Of a DNA stretch of 64,000 bases, positions 61,649-64,000 are shown one piece after another. Under the pieces are notes generated by a model, which ran no database searches, had not been told where the DNA came from, and was given only the letters and a program-made list of their open reading frames with translations. How positions within the stretch are numbered: the stretch's first letter is position 1; each line of letters opens with the position of its first letter. The translations under genes were made by a program, and so were the position numbers. This stretch comes from Klebsiella pneumoniae (GTDB taxonomy: Bacteria > Pseudomonadota > Gammaproteobacteria > Burkholderiales > UBA3065): positions 19,526 through 83,525 of the forward strand of contig CAMDGF010000006.1 in NCBI GenBank assembly GCA_945897555.1, read 5' to 3'.

Positions 61649-62142
61649 TGATGCGAAACGCGGTCGCCCTTCTTGTCGCAGGCATGACTGCACTCATGCT
61701 GGGCGGCTGCGGCTGGCACCTTGCAGGCACCCTCCCCGGGCAGGCTCCTCTGGGCCTGGTGCAGATCAAAGGTGAGGGCTTTGGCACCGCCGTCTTGCTG
61801 CGCGAGTCATTGCGCTCGAGCCGCGACGTGAAGCTGATCGAACAGGACGACCCGGCGGCCCTGCAGATCAGCATCCTTGGCGATGCCACGGGGCGCCGCA
61901 TCGTCGCGCTGTCGGGCGCGGGCCGTGCGCGAGAGTTCGAGATCGTCCAGACCGTGCGATTCAACGTGCGCTACCAAGGCGTCGACCTGATTCCCACCGA
62001 TACCATCGAGTTTCGCAGCCAGATCTCCTACGACGACTCCAGCGTTCTAAGCAAAGAGTACGAGATCGCTGCGCTGGTGGAATCGATGCAACGCGACGCC
62101 GCTGCGCAGATCCTGCGGCGGGCCGCTGCGCTGCAGCGCTGA
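61648..62142 (+). CDS. lptE: LPS-assembly lipoprotein LptE
   Basis: Lipobox LMLGGCGWHL. Conserved position between leuS and holA. Confidence 0.8.
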   Translation: MMRNAVALLVAGMTALMLGGCGWHLAGTLPGQAPLGLVQIKGEGFGTAVLLRESLRSSRDVKLIEQDDPAALQISILGDATGRRIVALSGAGRAREFEIVQTVRFNVRYQGVDLIPTDTIEFRSQISYDDSSVLSKEYEIAALVESMQRDAAAQILRRAAALQR

Positions 62143-62148
62143 ACCAGC

Positions 62149-63135
62149 ATGCCTCACGGCGACCGCGCGGGCCTCTGGACACTCCTCGGAGACGAGCCGC
62201 TGCTGGTACTTGAAGCGGGTGATCGCATCCGCTCAGCGGCCCGCGCTGCGGGTTTCGAGGAGCGCACCGTCTTGACCGTGGCCGGCCACTTCAATTGGGA
62301 CCAGCTGGCGATGGCGGCCAACAGCCTCTCCCTCTTCGCCAGCCGTCGCCTCATCGAGTTGCGTCTGCCGGGCGGCAAGCCGGGCGATGCCGGCAGCGAG
62401 GCGATCCGGCGCTATTGCGAACGCCTGCCAGAGGACACGGTGACATTGGTGAGCATTGGCAGTGCCGACTGGTCGACCCGCAAGGCGGTCTGGTTCAAAG
62501 CACTCGCTGCCGCCGGCACGGTTCTCGATTGCAACGCCCCTGCGCCTGCCGATTTGCCGCGCTGGGTCGCCGACCGGCTTGCAACACAAGGGCAGCAGGC
62601 AGATACCGACACCCTCGCCTTCCTCGCTGCGCGCTTTGAAGGCAACCTGCTCGCCGCCCGGCAGGAGCTGGACAAGCTCGCCCTGCTGTTTCCCGCCGGC
62701 CCTCTCGAGGCAGCCAGCGTACGCGAGGCAGTATTGGATGTTGCCCGCTACGACCCGCAGCAGTGGGTCGATGCCCTGCTGCGGGGCGACGTGGCGCGTG
62801 GTGGACGGATCCTCGCCGGTCTCGCCAGCGAGGCCACCAGCATCCCGGCCCTGACCTGGCTGCTGGCCGACCACCTGCACGCGGTGTGGGCGGTGGTGGA
62901 AGCGGGTGGGCGGCCCGACGACTCCTTGCGCCGCAGCCACCGCCTGTATGGCGAACGCGAGCAGTTGGTCGGCTCTGCAGCCAGGCGCCTCTCCTTGCGG
63001 CAAGTCGAGCGCGCCGTCCGCACATTGGCCATGGCCGAGCGCGCCGGCAAGGGCCTCGAGCCTCTCCATGACGCCTGGCAGATCCTCGCCAATGTTGCGG
63101 TGGCGCTGGCGCCCGAGCGCCGGAGGGCGGCATGA
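62149..63135 (+). CDS. holA: DNA polymerase III delta subunit
   Basis: LLGDEPLLVLEAGDRIR.., LFASRRLIELRLP, ARQELDKLALL. Confidence 0.85.
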   Translation: MPHGDRAGLWTLLGDEPLLVLEAGDRIRSAARAAGFEERTVLTVAGHFNWDQLAMAANSLSLFASRRLIELRLPGGKPGDAGSEAIRRYCERLPEDTVTLVSIGSADWSTRKAVWFKALAAAGTVLDCNAPAPADLPRWVADRLATQGQQADTDTLAFLAARFEGNLLAARQELDKLALLFPAGPLEAASVREAVLDVARYDPQQWVDALLRGDVARGGRILAGLASEATSIPALTWLLADHLHAVWAVVEAGGRPDDSLRRSHRLYGEREQLVGSAARRLSLRQVERAVRTLAMAERAGKGLEPLHDAWQILANVAVALAPERRRAA

Positions 63136-63722
63136 GGCGGCTTGTCCTTGCCAGCAACAATGCCGGCAAGTTGCGCGAATTGCAGGCGGTGCTGGCCCCG
63201 CTCGGCATACAACCGGTGACGCAGGGTGAACTCGGCATCGCTGAGGCCGACGAGCCATACATCACCTTTGTCGAGAATGCCTTGGCCAAGGCACGACACG
63301 CCAGCGCGGCCAGCGGCTTGCCAGCCTTGGCCGACGACTCCGGCATCTGTGTCGCTGCCCTGGGTGGCGCACCCGGTGTCCATTCCGCTCGCTTTGCCGG
63401 CGAGCCGCGCTCCGACGGCCGCAACAACAAGCGTCTGCTCGACGTGCTGCACGGCGAGACGGACCGGCGCGCCTGGTATCACGCGGTGTTGGTGTTCGTG
63501 CGCCACGCCGATGACCCGCAACCGCTCATCGCCGAGGGGAGCTGGCACGGGGAGATCGCGCTTGCCCCTCGTGGCGACGGCGGCTTCGGCTACGACCCGA
63601 TCTTCTGGCTGCCTGAGCGCGGTTGCACCAGTGCCGAACTCGATCTGACGATCAAGCAGACATTGAGCCATCGCGGCCAGGCGCTGCGCGCGCTGCTGAC
63701 GCGCCTGCCAGAGACATGGTGA
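63132..63722 (+). CDS. rdgB: dITP/XTP pyrophosphatase RdgB
   Basis: LVLASNNAGKLREL.., EPYITFVENALAKAR, ALADDSGICV, GFGYDPIF. Confidence 0.9.
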   Translation: MRRLVLASNNAGKLRELQAVLAPLGIQPVTQGELGIAEADEPYITFVENALAKARHASAASGLPALADDSGICVAALGGAPGVHSARFAGEPRSDGRNNKRLLDVLHGETDRRAWYHAVLVFVRHADDPQPLIAEGSWHGEIALAPRGDGGFGYDPIFWLPERGCTSAELDLTIKQTLSHRGQALRALLTRLPETW

Positions 63723-64000
63723 CCGGCGGTCGCGTCATCCCCATCGCCAGCGCGATCGCCACCAACGGGCCCGCGCCAAGCTTCGACGACGGCCAGATCC
63801 GCTTTGCCAGTCTGCCGCCACTCTCGCTCTACGTGCACCTGCCGTGGTGCGTGCGCAAATGCCCCTATTGCGACTTCAACTCGCACGAGGCGCGCGGCGA
63901 ACCCGACTACGAGGCCTACGTCGACGCCTTGATCGGAGACGTCGAATCCGCGCTACCCCTTATCTGGGGCCGCACGGTCGAGAGCATCTTCTTGGGCGGC
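63716..64000 (+). CDS. hemW: Radical SAM heme chaperone HemW (5' part; continues past the window)
   Basis: Not in the ORF track because it is open at the edge. Manual translation gives MVTGG..LPPLSLYVHLPWCVRKCPYCDFNSH..ESIFLGG. Confidence 0.8.
   Translation, partial: MVTGGRVIPIASAIATNGPAPSFDDGQIRFASLPPLSLYVHLPWCVRKCPYCDFNSHEARGEPDYEAYVDALIGDVESALPLIWGRTVESIFLGG

Overview
Visibly high-GC, gene-dense chromosomal window. GC content was not computed. Gene order (zapA-6S RNA, leuS-lptE-holA, rdgB-hemW, moaA-mobA-moeA) and a CTGT-N8-ACAG SOS box suggest a betaproteobacterial, Burkholderiales-like core region; this is inference only. I support about 66 protein genes, one probable 6S RNA and one cobalamin riboswitch. 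I saw no tRNA, rRNA, CRISPR array or IS element.

Blocks from left to right:
- A bufferin-type RiPP pair: a DUF2282 precursor plus a DUF692/MNIO enzyme, cut by the left window edge.
- A three-gene photolyase operon: a cryptochrome/photolyase homolog with a disordered tail, an unlisted 55-codon DUF2256-like zinc-ribbon ORF, and an FeS-type (6-4) photolyase.
- An orphan fliK with a sigma54-type promoter and 66-nt tandem repeats.
- TauE, then 6S RNA, zapA and a small coiled-coil gene.
- A cobalamin-riboswitch-controlled btuB plus a BtuM-like gene.
- moaA-mobA-moeA.
- Two tandem HDOD paralogs directly downstream of a complete flgBCDEFGHIJKL cluster. The cluster has a sigma54-type flgB promoter, a rod-binding-only FlgJ and a divergent flgA.
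- rpmE, a GT-C-like membrane protein and a c-type cytochrome.
- A Liv-type ABC transporter whose binding protein is fused in frame to the LivH permease.
- An OFA-family MFS transporter and a porin.
- birA-coaX followed by a HipA-like protein that lacks the catalytic residues and has no HipB.
- lexA-imuA-imuB without dnaE2.
- mpl, then vapBC with a striking operator-like inverted repeat and a pentanucleotide, G-quadruplex-type repeat.
- A copper-acquisition cluster: DUF2946, TonB-dependent receptor, YcnI, PCuAC.
- A CarH/LitR-type B12 photoreceptor regulator divergent from a chain of gpx, FAD-oxidoreductase, DUF1365, CFA-synthase-like and MFS genes, followed by a stand-alone MetH activation domain.
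- leuS-lptE-holA-rdgB-hemW.

Nothing here looks like a mobile or defence island. The most second-look-worthy items are the LitR-centred light/B12 module, the HipA-like pseudokinase, the flagellum-linked HDOD pair, the bufferin locus and the Liv SBP-permease fusion.

All family calls come from reading translated motifs by eye. No HMM or BLAST search was run. Start codons are best guesses. Many long ORFs in the track are GC-driven shadow frames.
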